IMG/VR virus record: IMGVR_UViG_3300014203_000012
Location: 1-64,000 of that record
Direction: 5' to 3' (one strand)
From: a virus
Lineage: Duplodnaviria > Caudoviricetes
DNA: 64,000 nt
Positions 55,413 to 64,000 of this stretch are shown here, in pieces; position 1 is the stretch's first letter, and every line of letters begins with the position of its first letter. The position numbers and the translations under genes were made by a program. The notes under the pieces are model-generated. The model saw only the letters and a program-made list of their open reading frames with translations. It had not been told where the DNA came from and ran no database searches.

Positions 55413-57506
55413 ATGTTTAATGGCAAATTAATGGAGAGATATACTGGAATACTAAAGAGGATTATGCCTTTGTCTATTCCGGCTTTAACAGACGAAGAGT
55501 TGGATGAGGCAATTCAATACTCAATTCAGAAAAGATTTAAGGATAGTGATTGCTCTATCCATAATAATTATAAACACAAAACGGTTAATACCACAATTGC
55601 ACAGCTTACAAACTATATCTTAGACAAAGAACCAATCATGACTTCTTATGGCTGTTTATTTACTAAACATGGTAAAGTAAAGAACCCACTGTATGACTTG
55701 ATTGAAGAGATTGTAACTATCAGGGATAAGTTTAAAAAGGAAATGTTTAAATATCCTAAAGGTAGTGATGAATACGAAAAATACTATCTATTGCAGTTAT
55801 TAGCCAAGGTCGACTCAAACGCCCTGTATGGTTGCTTAGGCAACTACAGTTCTATGTTTTACAACATTTATGTTGCCACCAGTATCACCCGCCAGGGTAA
55901 GTCCTGTATTTCTGCTTCGATCATGCTGTTTGAAGGGTTACTTGCAAACAATGTAAAATTCGGATCTCTTAATGAGATTATTACATTCATTGACAACACA
56001 AGAACTGAAAAGAGAACCTTTAATGACAATGATATTCTAGATAGAGAAATATCTCTTGCAGAATCTTATTGCAAAATTATGGGCACTTGTGGATATAACT
56101 GGATTCCTGATAAGAAAGACGCTTTACTAGTATGGGATATTATGAGTAGATTAACTCCACAAGATTTGACTAGGTTATATTATAAGAATAATATGTATGA
56201 GTTCTTTAACAATAGCCGAATGAATGCTCTTCTTATTAAGATCCTTTGCACACTGAAGCTCCCATTCTTAGACCCTAACAAACCACCAAAAGAAATAAAG
56301 GCCGATATGCAACAACTAATCGCATATGTAAAAGAGTATGTGTATTACAGTTACCAAATCATTGATAAACTTGAGAGAGTAGAAACGATGATGCGTGATA
56401 TCGTATTAGTTACAGATACTGACTCTTGTATCATTAGTTTAGAGCCATGGTATAGGTTTGTTTTGGAAAAGACAAAGGGTGTCGAAATGAATATCAAGCA
56501 TGAGATAATTGATATAGTCGAGTATATGGAAATGGATTCTTTTGGGGATAGAGAGTTACTTTCTATCGTTGAACGAGTTGACCATTCATACGATTACGAT
56601 TTCTACAACGAAGAGCTTATCGAACAGGCAAGAATGATTAATCCAGTACAGATGATCCCACAGGATGGTCTGAGACATTCTATCATAAATATCATGTCGT
56701 ATTGCGTAAGTGAACTTATCTTGGATTACATGTATAAATATACGGTAAACCATAACTCTGCAGCACCAAATAGAAAGTGTCTTCTTATTATGAAGAATGA
56801 GTATCTATTCAAGAGTATTCTTCTTACTGATGGTAAAAAGAATTACGCATCTATACAAGAAATACAAGAAGGTAATATTGTTCCAAAAGATGCATCTCTA
56901 GCAATATCTGGTCTGCCAATTGATAAGGTTGGTATACCGCAATCTACAGCTAAAGCTCTTAAAAAGATTCTTTATGAAGATATTTTAAACTCTGATGGTA
57001 TAGATCAGATTAAAACTCTTAAAGGAATAGCGATTCTTGAAAGAAAGATCTTTAATTCTATTGAGAATGGGGAAACTATGTATCATAAACCTGCTAGAAT
57101 CAAATCTATCGGTACATATGATATGCCATTCAGAATTCAAGGTATAAAAGCATCCGTCGCATACAATGCTTTGAGGGATGAACATGAAGAAGCTATTGAT
57201 TTGGAAAAGAGAAATAGTATTCTTATCATTAAGGTAAATATAAACAAGAAGAATATTGAAGGTCTTAAAATATCTAATCCTAGTAAGTTTGAACAGATGA
57301 CCAAGCTTCTAGATACTAAAGAGTTTAACGGAGATGCAATAGCAGTAGCTATTCCGTCTAGTAATTCTATTCCTAAATGGCTAATTGAGTTTATCGATTA
57401 CACCACAATCATTCATGACAATTTAACTAACTTTCCACTAGAGTCTATTGGAATTACACGTCTTAATAATAAAAATATAACATATTCCAATATATTGGAA
57501 TTATAA
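55413..57506 (+). CDS. Family B DNA polymerase, C-terminal half (motifs B, C, thumb)
   Basis: Motif B KVDSNALYG, ITRQG, motif C TDTDS, KKNYA. Confidence 0.88.
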   Translation: MFNGKLMERYTGILKRIMPLSIPALTDEELDEAIQYSIQKRFKDSDCSIHNNYKHKTVNTTIAQLTNYILDKEPIMTSYGCLFTKHGKVKNPLYDLIEEIVTIRDKFKKEMFKYPKGSDEYEKYYLLQLLAKVDSNALYGCLGNYSSMFYNIYVATSITRQGKSCISASIMLFEGLLANNVKFGSLNEIITFIDNTRTEKRTFNDNDILDREISLAESYCKIMGTCGYNWIPDKKDALLVWDIMSRLTPQDLTRLYYKNNMYEFFNNSRMNALLIKILCTLKLPFLDPNKPPKEIKADMQQLIAYVKEYVYYSYQIIDKLERVETMMRDIVLVTDTDSCIISLEPWYRFVLEKTKGVEMNIKHEIIDIVEYMEMDSFGDRELLSIVERVDHSYDYDFYNEELIEQARMINPVQMIPQDGLRHSIINIMSYCVSELILDYMYKYTVNHNSAAPNRKCLLIMKNEYLFKSILLTDGKKNYASIQEIQEGNIVPKDASLAISGLPIDKVGIPQSTAKALKKILYEDILNSDGIDQIKTLKGIAILERKIFNSIENGETMYHKPARIKSIGTYDMPFRIQGIKASVAYNALRDEHEEAIDLEKRNSILIIKVNINKKNIEGLKISNPSKFEQMTKLLDTKEFNGDAIAVAIPSSNSIPKWLIEFIDYTTIIHDNLTNFPLESIGITRLNNKNITYSNILEL

Positions 57507-57521
57507 GGGAGAAGATTTATT

Positions 57522-57812
57522 ATGAAATGCATGAAGGAAATTAGACGGGATAATAAAAATCTTATTATCCCTCCCACAACTGCTGAAAATTTTCAAAAAG
57601 TATTAGATTATCATAAATTATCATTTTTCGAAGATATTAAAAGCTATAATGAAAACCTAAAAAAGTCTATTGAAATTCGGAGAAAAATGCTAACGGAATC
57701 AACAATATACCCAAATCCAGAAGACCGTAAAATTGCAATAGAAGCTTCTCTAGAAATATTAATTTTTGAACAGAAACATTTGCAGCGTATTATTGATAGA
57801 CATACCATATAG
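57522..57812 (+). CDS. Hypothetical protein
   Basis: GGGGAG RBS. Confidence 0.6.
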   Translation: MKCMKEIRRDNKNLIIPPTTAENFQKVLDYHKLSFFEDIKSYNENLKKSIEIRRKMLTESTIYPNPEDRKIAIEASLEILIFEQKHLQRIIDRHTI

Positions 57813-57836
57813 TGTAAATATACCATCTTATATTTA

Positions 57837-57848
57837 AACACATCAATA
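57837..57848 (+). promoter_or_regulatory. Late-type promoter
   Basis: AACA-catcaa-TA. Confidence 0.7.
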
Positions 57849-57877
57849 ACTATATAAGAATATAAGAGGTGTTTATA

Positions 57878-59017
57878 ATGGGATTAAATAATCATTCATT
57901 AGTATTAATCAATGATGGTATAGTAAAAGGATTTGGATATAATGGTGAAGGAGAATTGGGTTTGGGTAATACAACAACCCCATATACCTCCCCTATATTA
58001 ATACCTAATATAAGTAACGTAAAACAAATATCGTGCGGTCAATCTCATTCGCTATTATTACTTAATGATGGTACGGTAAAATCATTTGGAAGTAATAGTA
58101 ACGGTGAATTGGGATTGGGTATTACGACTCAACAAAACACTCCTATATTAATATCAGGGTTAAGTAATGTAAAACAAGTAATAGGAGGGCAATCTTATTC
58201 ATTAGTTTTACTAAATAACGGTACAGTATATGGATTTGGTCGTAATAGTAGTGGTCAATTAGGATTAGGTAATACTATCTCTCCGTATACTAGCCCTACG
58301 TTAATACCTAGTCTAACTAATGTAAAACAAATATCATGTGGTAGTAGTCATTCATTAGCATTACTAAACGATGGTACAGTATATGGATTTGGTGGTAATT
58401 ACTATGGTCAATTAGGGTTAGGTAATAATACATCTATAATTAATACTCCTACATTAATATCAGGGATGAGTAATGTAAAACAAATATCATGTGGTACTAA
58501 TCATTCATTAGCTTTACTAACAGATGGTACGGTAAAATCATTTGGTCGTAATATATATGGTAATTTAGGTTTAAATAATACTAATGATTACAATAGACCC
58601 ACGCTAATACCTAGTCTAAGTGACGTATCTCAAATAACATGTGGCGCAGATCATTCATTAGTTTTACTAAATGATGGTACAGTAAAAGGATTTGGTGCTA
58701 ATCAGTTTGGTAATTTAGGATTAGGTAATACTACGTACCAATATAATAGTCCTACATTAATAACTGGTCTAACTAACGTAAAACAAATATCAGGTGGTGG
58801 CAATTATTCAGTAGTTTTACTAAATGATGGTACAGTAAAAGGATTTGGTGATAATACATATGGTCAATTAGGTTTAGGCAATACTACATCACCATGTACT
58901 ACCCCTACTTTAATAACTACTCTAAGTAACGTGGTATTATTGTGGGATAATATAGTAGTTCGAACAAGATTTGTAATGTTTGTAGATATTAACAAAGTTA
59001 GTTATTCTAAAATATAA
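57878..59017 (+). CDS. RCC1/BLIP-II repeat protein, 7 repeats
   Basis: Seven RCC1 repeats; same leader and C-terminal tail as 36307 gene. Confidence 0.9.
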   Translation: MGLNNHSLVLINDGIVKGFGYNGEGELGLGNTTTPYTSPILIPNISNVKQISCGQSHSLLLLNDGTVKSFGSNSNGELGLGITTQQNTPILISGLSNVKQVIGGQSYSLVLLNNGTVYGFGRNSSGQLGLGNTISPYTSPTLIPSLTNVKQISCGSSHSLALLNDGTVYGFGGNYYGQLGLGNNTSIINTPTLISGMSNVKQISCGTNHSLALLTDGTVKSFGRNIYGNLGLNNTNDYNRPTLIPSLSDVSQITCGADHSLVLLNDGTVKGFGANQFGNLGLGNTTYQYNSPTLITGLTNVKQISGGGNYSVVLLNDGTVKGFGDNTYGQLGLGNTTSPCTTPTLITTLSNVVLLWDNIVVRTRFVMFVDINKVSYSKI

Positions 59018-59044
59018 TAGCTTATGGAAAATTATTGATATGCA

Positions 59045-59056
59045 TACAATATAGTA
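59045..59056 (+). promoter_or_regulatory. Late-type promoter
   Basis: TACA-atatag-TA. Confidence 0.55.
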
Positions 59057-59081
59057 AAAATAATAAAGGAGGTTTATTCAA

Positions 59082-59360
59082 ATGAAATTAGCAGAAATTA
59101 AAACAGTGAAATTATTATTGGTATTTTTAGCAGAATTTATTGTCAAAAAAGCAAATTTAGAAGCGGTGCAAAATGTTGTGGCTGTTCAAAAAGAAGTTAA
59201 TACTATCAAAGCATCAATCGCCTTGGGTGACGATCGTAAAGTAGCAGCGGCTCTTACTCGTCTAAACAAACTTGAGGGTGGATTAGATCGTATCCAAAGA
59301 TTGTACAAATCAGTCAGTGGAGAAACGGCTAAATCTTGTTTTGCAAAATACATAGCGTAA
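59082..59360 (+). CDS. Small helical late protein
   Basis: AAGGAGGT RBS; hairpin terminator near 59373-59407. Confidence 0.7.
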   Translation: MKLAEIKTVKLLLVFLAEFIVKKANLEAVQNVVAVQKEVNTIKASIALGDDRKVAAALTRLNKLEGGLDRIQRLYKSVSGETAKSCFAKYIA

Positions 59361-59431
59361 AATGATATCTCATAACTCCCATATCTCCATTGGAGATATG
59401 GGAGTTATTTTCTATTAAAGGAGGAATATAT

Positions 59432-59872
59432 ATGGAAATATCAAAAGAAGAATATCAAGAGTTACAAGTAAAAGTACTTAATCTAACTATTCAGCTAGAA
59501 GATGCAGATATAAAAGCAGAAGAAAAAGTTATACTTAATCTACTCTATGCTGAAGATAAAACTATAAATAAAATTATTCAACGAGCAACCACTGCCGAAA
59601 AGGAACTTATTGATTTGAAAGAACGATTTAGTAAACTTTCAGAGATAAATACTCGGGTACTTAAAGATCAAACTAATATTATAAAAAGTGCATATACCTT
59701 AGCATGTAAATATGAAGAGCTAAAGAAAAAAATTCTTAAACCCGAAACTTTAGATGTAATACCACACGATGAGGTTGTTTGTCTTTGCCCAGTAACTGGA
59801 TATGGGACTATTTGCACATATAGCGAATGTCGATTAGCTGATAAGACTACATGTTGGCAGAATGGCGGATGA
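59432..59872 (+). CDS. Coiled-coil protein with C-terminal Cys cluster
   Basis: AGGAGG RBS; CLCP..C...C......C. Confidence 0.65.
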   Translation: MEISKEEYQELQVKVLNLTIQLEDADIKAEEKVILNLLYAEDKTINKIIQRATTAEKELIDLKERFSKLSEINTRVLKDQTNIIKSAYTLACKYEELKKKILKPETLDVIPHDEVVCLCPVTGYGTICTYSECRLADKTTCWQNGG

Positions 59873-59886
59873 AAGGATCATAGAAA

Positions 59887-60168
59887 ATGGATAACAGATT
59901 TGACGAATTATTAAGAAATATAACTCTTGTGTATACCACTGGAGAGAAGATAAGAATTGCTGAATGTATCAAATTAGCTAAAAGCTTATTGCTTACCGAG
60001 GATAATGAATTAAATACAGAGAACTGTATGCGTATGCTTAAATCTACCCCATTGCACCTTGTTTGCAAAACCTCAAAGGATATTGTAAATAGAAATTTAT
60101 TTGCAATCCGATATAAAGATATTGCGATAGAATTCCATAGTACTGATACTCCTCCTTCTCAAAATTGA
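59887..60168 (+). CDS. Hypothetical protein
   Basis: AAGGA RBS. Confidence 0.6.
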   Translation: MDNRFDELLRNITLVYTTGEKIRIAECIKLAKSLLLTEDNELNTENCMRMLKSTPLHLVCKTSKDIVNRNLFAIRYKDIAIEFHSTDTPPSQN

Positions 60169-60203
60169 TATATCTATAGTGTCAATAGTCGATATTTCAG
60201 TTA

Positions 60204-60219
60204 TATATTATATAGGTGA
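60204..60219 (+). promoter_or_regulatory. Early-type promoter
   Basis: TATATTAT-atagg-TGA. Confidence 0.75.
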
Positions 60220-60282
60220 GAATGAATAAAATATATAGGCTGAAGTTGAAATTATCGACCAGCCACGAAGGAGAAATTAACT

Positions 60283-61539
60283 ATGTTCCAAGACGCTAAA
60301 ACCTATGCCGATGTGTCCAAGGAGGAACAAGATGTTTACACTAAAGAGGTAAATCTGCTTGATATCATCACAGTTCTTGAGAACCAAGGGATCTCTATTG
60401 ATTACAAAGACAGTCTTGCGGTGACTTGTTCTAAAATGAAAAAGATCTTATTTGATCGCGTTTCGGCTGCGATGTTTACCAAGAAAGCATTGTCGGTTTC
60501 CGATCAAGAGCTTACCTCTAAAATACAAGAATTTCTTGGTGAAGCAAATGATATCTTTATGCTAAGTGGCTATTGCATGAAAATCAATTTAGTTGCAAAA
60601 ACAGTAAAAATATTTGATGGCGACAGATTGCTTATGACTTATCAAGATGGTAAAATGGAACTGAGTGCGGCATTATCTAAAGAAGAAGTTCAAGATATTA
60701 AAGATTCTAATCCTGATGTACCAATAGTGGATACACCGCTGCTTATCTCAGAGGTTATAGTTTTACCACCATTGGAAAAAACAGTAACTAAACCATTGCA
60801 GAAGTCTATTGTAGTAGACTCTACTGTGGTTGATGAAACTCCTAAATCTACAGAGATTGAAATTAATCGAGGCGGAGAAAAATTCAAAGTAGTTGATGGA
60901 AAATTCATTAGTAAAGATGATAAAACTAAAGCTACTGAGCAGCAGTTTATTGACGCTGCGAATGCTCGTGCTGCACAAATAATGGCCAAAACTCCTAAAT
61001 CTGCAGAGATTGAAATTAATCGCGATGGAGAAAAATTCAAAGTAGTTGATGGAAAATTCATTAGTAAAGCTAATAAATCTAAAGCTACTGAGCAGCAGTT
61101 TATTGACGCTGCGAATGCTCGTGCTGCACAAATAATGGCCAAAACTGCTAGAAATGCTAGTGCCACAATTGCAAAGAATAAAAGTGTAGTAGAAGGCGTG
61201 AAAGTTATTAATAATCCTGAAACTACAATCACGTTAGAGAACACTCAGCAGATAGCCACAAGAATTGATATTGATCTGTTAAAGAAATATATCAATATCG
61301 ACAGTCTGAAAAATGCTCCAGCTGAGCTCAAAGCTAAAATTATGGCTAGGCTGGAAGGTGCAATAAAAACAGTATTGAAGGCTGGTGGTTTCGACAAATT
61401 TCTTAATCTTAAGAATGCCAAATATGGTCTTTCTAAATCTACGTTTTTCGATAAGGATAGATATATTTTGTTTAATGGTAAGCATTATATGAAGTTTATC
61501 GATGCAGAGAACTTTGAATTCGATAATAAGCTTAATTAA
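60283..61539 (+). CDS. Hypothetical early protein with internal 51 aa duplication
   Basis: AAGGAG RBS; ORF track. Confidence 0.75.
   Translation: MFQDAKTYADVSKEEQDVYTKEVNLLDIITVLENQGISIDYKDSLAVTCSKMKKILFDRVSAAMFTKKALSVSDQELTSKIQEFLGEANDIFMLSGYCMKINLVAKTVKIFDGDRLLMTYQDGKMELSAALSKEEVQDIKDSNPDVPIVDTPLLISEVIVLPPLEKTVTKPLQKSIVVDSTVVDETPKSTEIEINRGGEKFKVVDGKFISKDDKTKATEQQFIDAANARAAQIMAKTPKSAEIEINRDGEKFKVVDGKFISKANKSKATEQQFIDAANARAAQIMAKTARNASATIAKNKSVVEGVKVINNPETTITLENTQQIATRIDIDLLKKYINIDSLKNAPAELKAKIMARLEGAIKTVLKAGGFDKFLNLKNAKYGLSKSTFFDKDRYILFNGKHYMKFIDAENFEFDNKLN
60836..61146 (+). repeat. Near-perfect 153 bp tandem duplication (2 copies)
   Basis: actcctaaatct.cagagattgaaattaatcg at 60838 and 60991. 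Confidence 0.9.
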
Positions 61540-61602
61540 TATAACGGGGGAGATTATCTCCCCTTTTATTTTTTTAAGATCGTAAATGGGGTGTACTAAT
61601 AG

Positions 61603-62343
61603 ATGCAGGAATTAAAGTTCGAAAACTATAACAAGATGGAAGATATAATGTATTATCTTGGGCCTAATGCGGTTTTAAAGATGAATCTTTCTATGTTCCA
61701 AAGCTCTGAAAAATATGGGCGAAGAAGTTATCATCAAGAAGTACAATATTACAATGAAAAAGCAGGACAAAAGGTGGTCAATTTAAAACGGTCATTTGAT
61801 TACTTCGCATCAATAGAAAATCTGAAAGCAGTTAATAGAGTTAAAGAATATATCATGATACGGCAACAAGATATATTCTTATTGCGTAAGGTAATAAATT
61901 CTGTATTTGACTTGTTCAATAAAGAATTCGACAATATGTTTGTCAAGAAAAACGGTATCGTTACTATTAGAAATAAAATAACTCCAGTAGAGTTTACAGG
62001 ATTGAGTTTGGGGAAATATTTAGTATTTTCTCCTGATATAATGGATAGTTATAATGGAGAAAAAATTGGATGTATCCGTATGAACTTATCTTCTCCAAAT
62101 AACTTTGTTCTTATGCCTATAGGTAAGTATAGTGGCTTCCTTGAATGTATAAATAATATGGATATGTTTTCATATGCTCAGGGTATGCTATCTTATTTTG
62201 GTAAGCCTGCATATGGCACAAATATGTATGACTTTACAGACTCTCAATCCATAGAAGACACAGTTGTGGCTAGAAGTGGAAGGAAGATACAGTCTAAATC
62301 TAATAAATCGTATTTCGCGAATAAGATAGCGGAATTGGATTAG
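61603..62343 (+). CDS. Hypothetical protein
   Basis: GGGGTG RBS; ORF track. Confidence 0.75.
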   Translation: MQELKFENYNKMEDIMYYLGPNAVLKMNLSMFQSSEKYGRRSYHQEVQYYNEKAGQKVVNLKRSFDYFASIENLKAVNRVKEYIMIRQQDIFLLRKVINSVFDLFNKEFDNMFVKKNGIVTIRNKITPVEFTGLSLGKYLVFSPDIMDSYNGEKIGCIRMNLSSPNNFVLMPIGKYSGFLECINNMDMFSYAQGMLSYFGKPAYGTNMYDFTDSQSIEDTVVARSGRKIQSKSNKSYFANKIAELD

Positions 62344-62348
62344 AATAG

Positions 62349-62373
62349 GAGGTATAGCATAATGCTATACCTC
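62349..62373. terminator. Bidirectional terminator, GCA-TAA-TGC apex
   Basis: GAGGTATAGCA-taa-TGCTATACCTC + T-tract. Confidence 0.8.
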
Positions 62374-62381
62374 TTTATTTT

Positions 62382-63149
62382 TTAGTTTGTTGTATACATA
62401 ACTGGCTGATTAGTATTAGCCGCACTGACATAATTATCTTCCATCTTCTGTACTACTTCATCTCTCTTATTAGCTTTATCTTCTAAACTAGATAATTTGA
62501 GATCAGTTGTTGCAAATATAGTATCTACTCCATCGTAATGTTTAAGATACTCATATAAGAATAATGCAACGTCTGCTGTAGCAAGAGCTTCAAACAATTC
62601 CATCTTAGTTGGAGCTATAGTCATTAAATTAGTTGGGTGTTTTACTAATAAATTGATTGGAATGCTTCTTACAAAATCAAGATAATTATTAGCCATAGTA
62701 GCTGATAGTCTTACTTTATTTGGCGGTATCCAATCTACATAAATACCATTAGTGAATAAAGAACTATGATCTGCAGACATTTGACCCATGCAAATATCTT
62801 CTACATCATACCCAGTAGCCATCATATCAAGAGTGCCATATCCTCCACCACCTTGGTATGCAGTTGATTTGGCACTAAATTCATGCCAGTCTATATCTGC
62901 TGCACCTAGGATATCTTGATTTTCACAAGTATCCTCATCTATCAGATAATAGTTTCCTTTTTTATTTGATGGTCCCATAAGGTATAATATCTTATGGGGG
63001 TAATACCTACTGAATGAATCTAAAGTTTCATTAGCTATTACCTCCTCTGCCCATTTATTTTTAGCAATATCTGGTGGGAGACTAAGTGGTTTTGTTCCAA
63101 GTCTGCGCTCTATCTTATTTAAAAGATCCGTCATTCGATTCATTGGCAT
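62382..63149 (-). CDS. Late structural protein, possibly neck/head-completion
   Basis: KIERRLG..TLDSFSRYYPH N-terminus reminiscent of T4-like neck proteins; late promoter. Confidence 0.5.
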   Translation of the reverse strand: MPMNRMTDLLNKIERRLGTKPLSLPPDIAKNKWAEEVIANETLDSFSRYYPHKILYLMGPSNKKGNYYLIDEDTCENQDILGAADIDWHEFSAKSTAYQGGGGYGTLDMMATGYDVEDICMGQMSADHSSLFTNGIYVDWIPPNKVRLSATMANNYLDFVRSIPINLLVKHPTNLMTIAPTKMELFEALATADVALFLYEYLKHYDGVDTIFATTDLKLSSLEDKANKRDEVVQKMEDNYVSAANTNQPVMYTTN

Positions 63150-63162
63150 ATTATCAACTCCT

Positions 63163-63174
63163 TATTAAAATGTA
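63163..63174 (-). promoter_or_regulatory. Late-type promoter
   Basis: TACA-ttttaa-TA. Confidence 0.55.
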
Positions 63175-63184
63175 AATTTAATTA

Positions 63185-63200
63185 TATATTATATAACAGA
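63185..63200 (+). promoter_or_regulatory. Early-type promoter
   Basis: TATATTAT-ataac-AGA. Confidence 0.65.
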
Positions 63201-63222
63201 GAATGGATTGGGGGTAAGCAAA

Positions 63223-63981
63223 ATGAAGTATTCAAATTATAAATATTATATTGATGCTGCAATGAAATTATTAAATGGACAGGTGAATAGAAATCTACGC
63301 TGTTATAAATTCTCTTATGTATATTCTAATGATGAGGTACATGCAAGAGAATGTAATGGCGCTATAACTTTTAATCTTCAAAGTATGGCATATGCACTAA
63401 AAGACATGGAACCGCTTATAAGGTTTACGTACATTATAAGGACGGTCGCACATGAGCTATCACATATAGATCAAGATGTGAACTATTATAAATATGAAAG
63501 AGACTATTCATATAGAGCATGGATAGAAAAATCTAATGAATTAAATTCTATTTGTTTTATTATGGATAATCTTAATATGATAAAAATGAATTTAGGAGAC
63601 TTCAACCATACAATCTTAGAAGATCTCCATCAGTATGCAAAAATAAATGGCACAAAATATGTGCCATCATCTAAAAGTAAAATGGTAGCCAATATAATGG
63701 AAACCTATATGATAGATACGAATAGAGCCAGATATAAAGATCTTGACACTATCCTGTTAAATCTTAACGGGGTGAGATATATGATAAAACATAAGGGAGA
63801 GATAATAGATCCTAACGTGATCTATCCAGTAATAAATGAACTAAGTAACTTCAATAGTATGAAGGTATTCAATATGATTAAAGAGGATAATAGTTTAATC
63901 ATCAAAGTGCAAACTGAAGATGAACAAAAAAGACTAGAAGAAATAATATATCGTATAGATAAAAAATATATTATGGCATAA
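63223..63981 (+). CDS. HExxH metallopeptidase-like early protein
   Basis: VAHELSHIDQ. Confidence 0.65.
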   Translation: MKYSNYKYYIDAAMKLLNGQVNRNLRCYKFSYVYSNDEVHARECNGAITFNLQSMAYALKDMEPLIRFTYIIRTVAHELSHIDQDVNYYKYERDYSYRAWIEKSNELNSICFIMDNLNMIKMNLGDFNHTILEDLHQYAKINGTKYVPSSKSKMVANIMETYMIDTNRARYKDLDTILLNLNGVRYMIKHKGEIIDPNVIYPVINELSNFNSMKVFNMIKEDNSLIIKVQTEDEQKRLEEIIYRIDKKYIMA

Positions 63982-64000
63982 GGAGTGATAAATTATGATA

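Noticed and set aside
36307-59017. Diversity-generating retroelement or CRISPR array explaining the RCC1 repeats
   Set aside because: Repeats are in-frame coding units, differences are not adenine-restricted, and no reverse transcriptase or cas genes are in the window.
204-61485. Numerous antisense or alternate-frame ORFs in the track (e.g. 204-479, 3946-4374, 11634-12077, 16677-17180, 39019-39609, 60690-61244)
   Set aside because: They shadow longer motif-bearing genes, lack RBSs and have atypical composition.
1-64000. Introns, inteins or stop-codon reassignment, as seen in some jumbo phages
   Set aside because: RNAP, PolB, ligase, terminase and helicase ORFs are continuous in the standard code with no intein or homing-endonuclease signatures; TAA, TAG and TGA all end genes.

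Overview
AT-rich 64 kb segment of a jumbo myophage of the phiKZ/AR9(PBS1)-related group with two multisubunit RNA polymerases. The host is most likely Bacillota (inferred from strong Shine-Dalgarno sites and the amidase/GH73 hydrolases). Transcription genes: three split subunits of the non-virion RNAP (beta-N, beta-C, beta'-C) and two small virion-RNAP subunits. Replication and recombination genes: a family B DNA polymerase split into two genes about 25 kb apart, NAD-dependent ligase, RecA/UvsX, SbcC/Rad50, an SF2 helicase and a gyrase/topoisomerase A 3' end. Virion genes: portal, tail tube, tail sheath and terminase. Also present are an FtsZ/tubulin-family GTPase, a Tad1-like anti-defence sponge and two RCC1-repeat propeller genes. 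The regulatory grammar can be read directly: 15 early-type promoters (TATATTAT-N5-TGA, usually followed by a 5' hairpin), 21 late-type promoters (NAC[A/T]-N6-TA) and a family of palindromic terminators with a GCA-N1-3-TGC apex. The most intriguing unexplained signal is a short linear peptide motif, roughly [IV]-[AVI]-x-R-[VIL]. It is tandemly repeated in terminal tails or linkers of unrelated DNA/RNA-transaction proteins (nvRNAP beta-C x5, PolB-N x3, helicase x2, PolB-C, ligase and others) and suggests a shared docking or compartment-targeting system. Other leads are a late CU-rich anti-SD-like small RNA, a second structured RNA candidate, and an anticodon-less tRNA-Ile minihelix co-transcribed with Tad1. 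All assignments are by motif recognition only; no searches were run.
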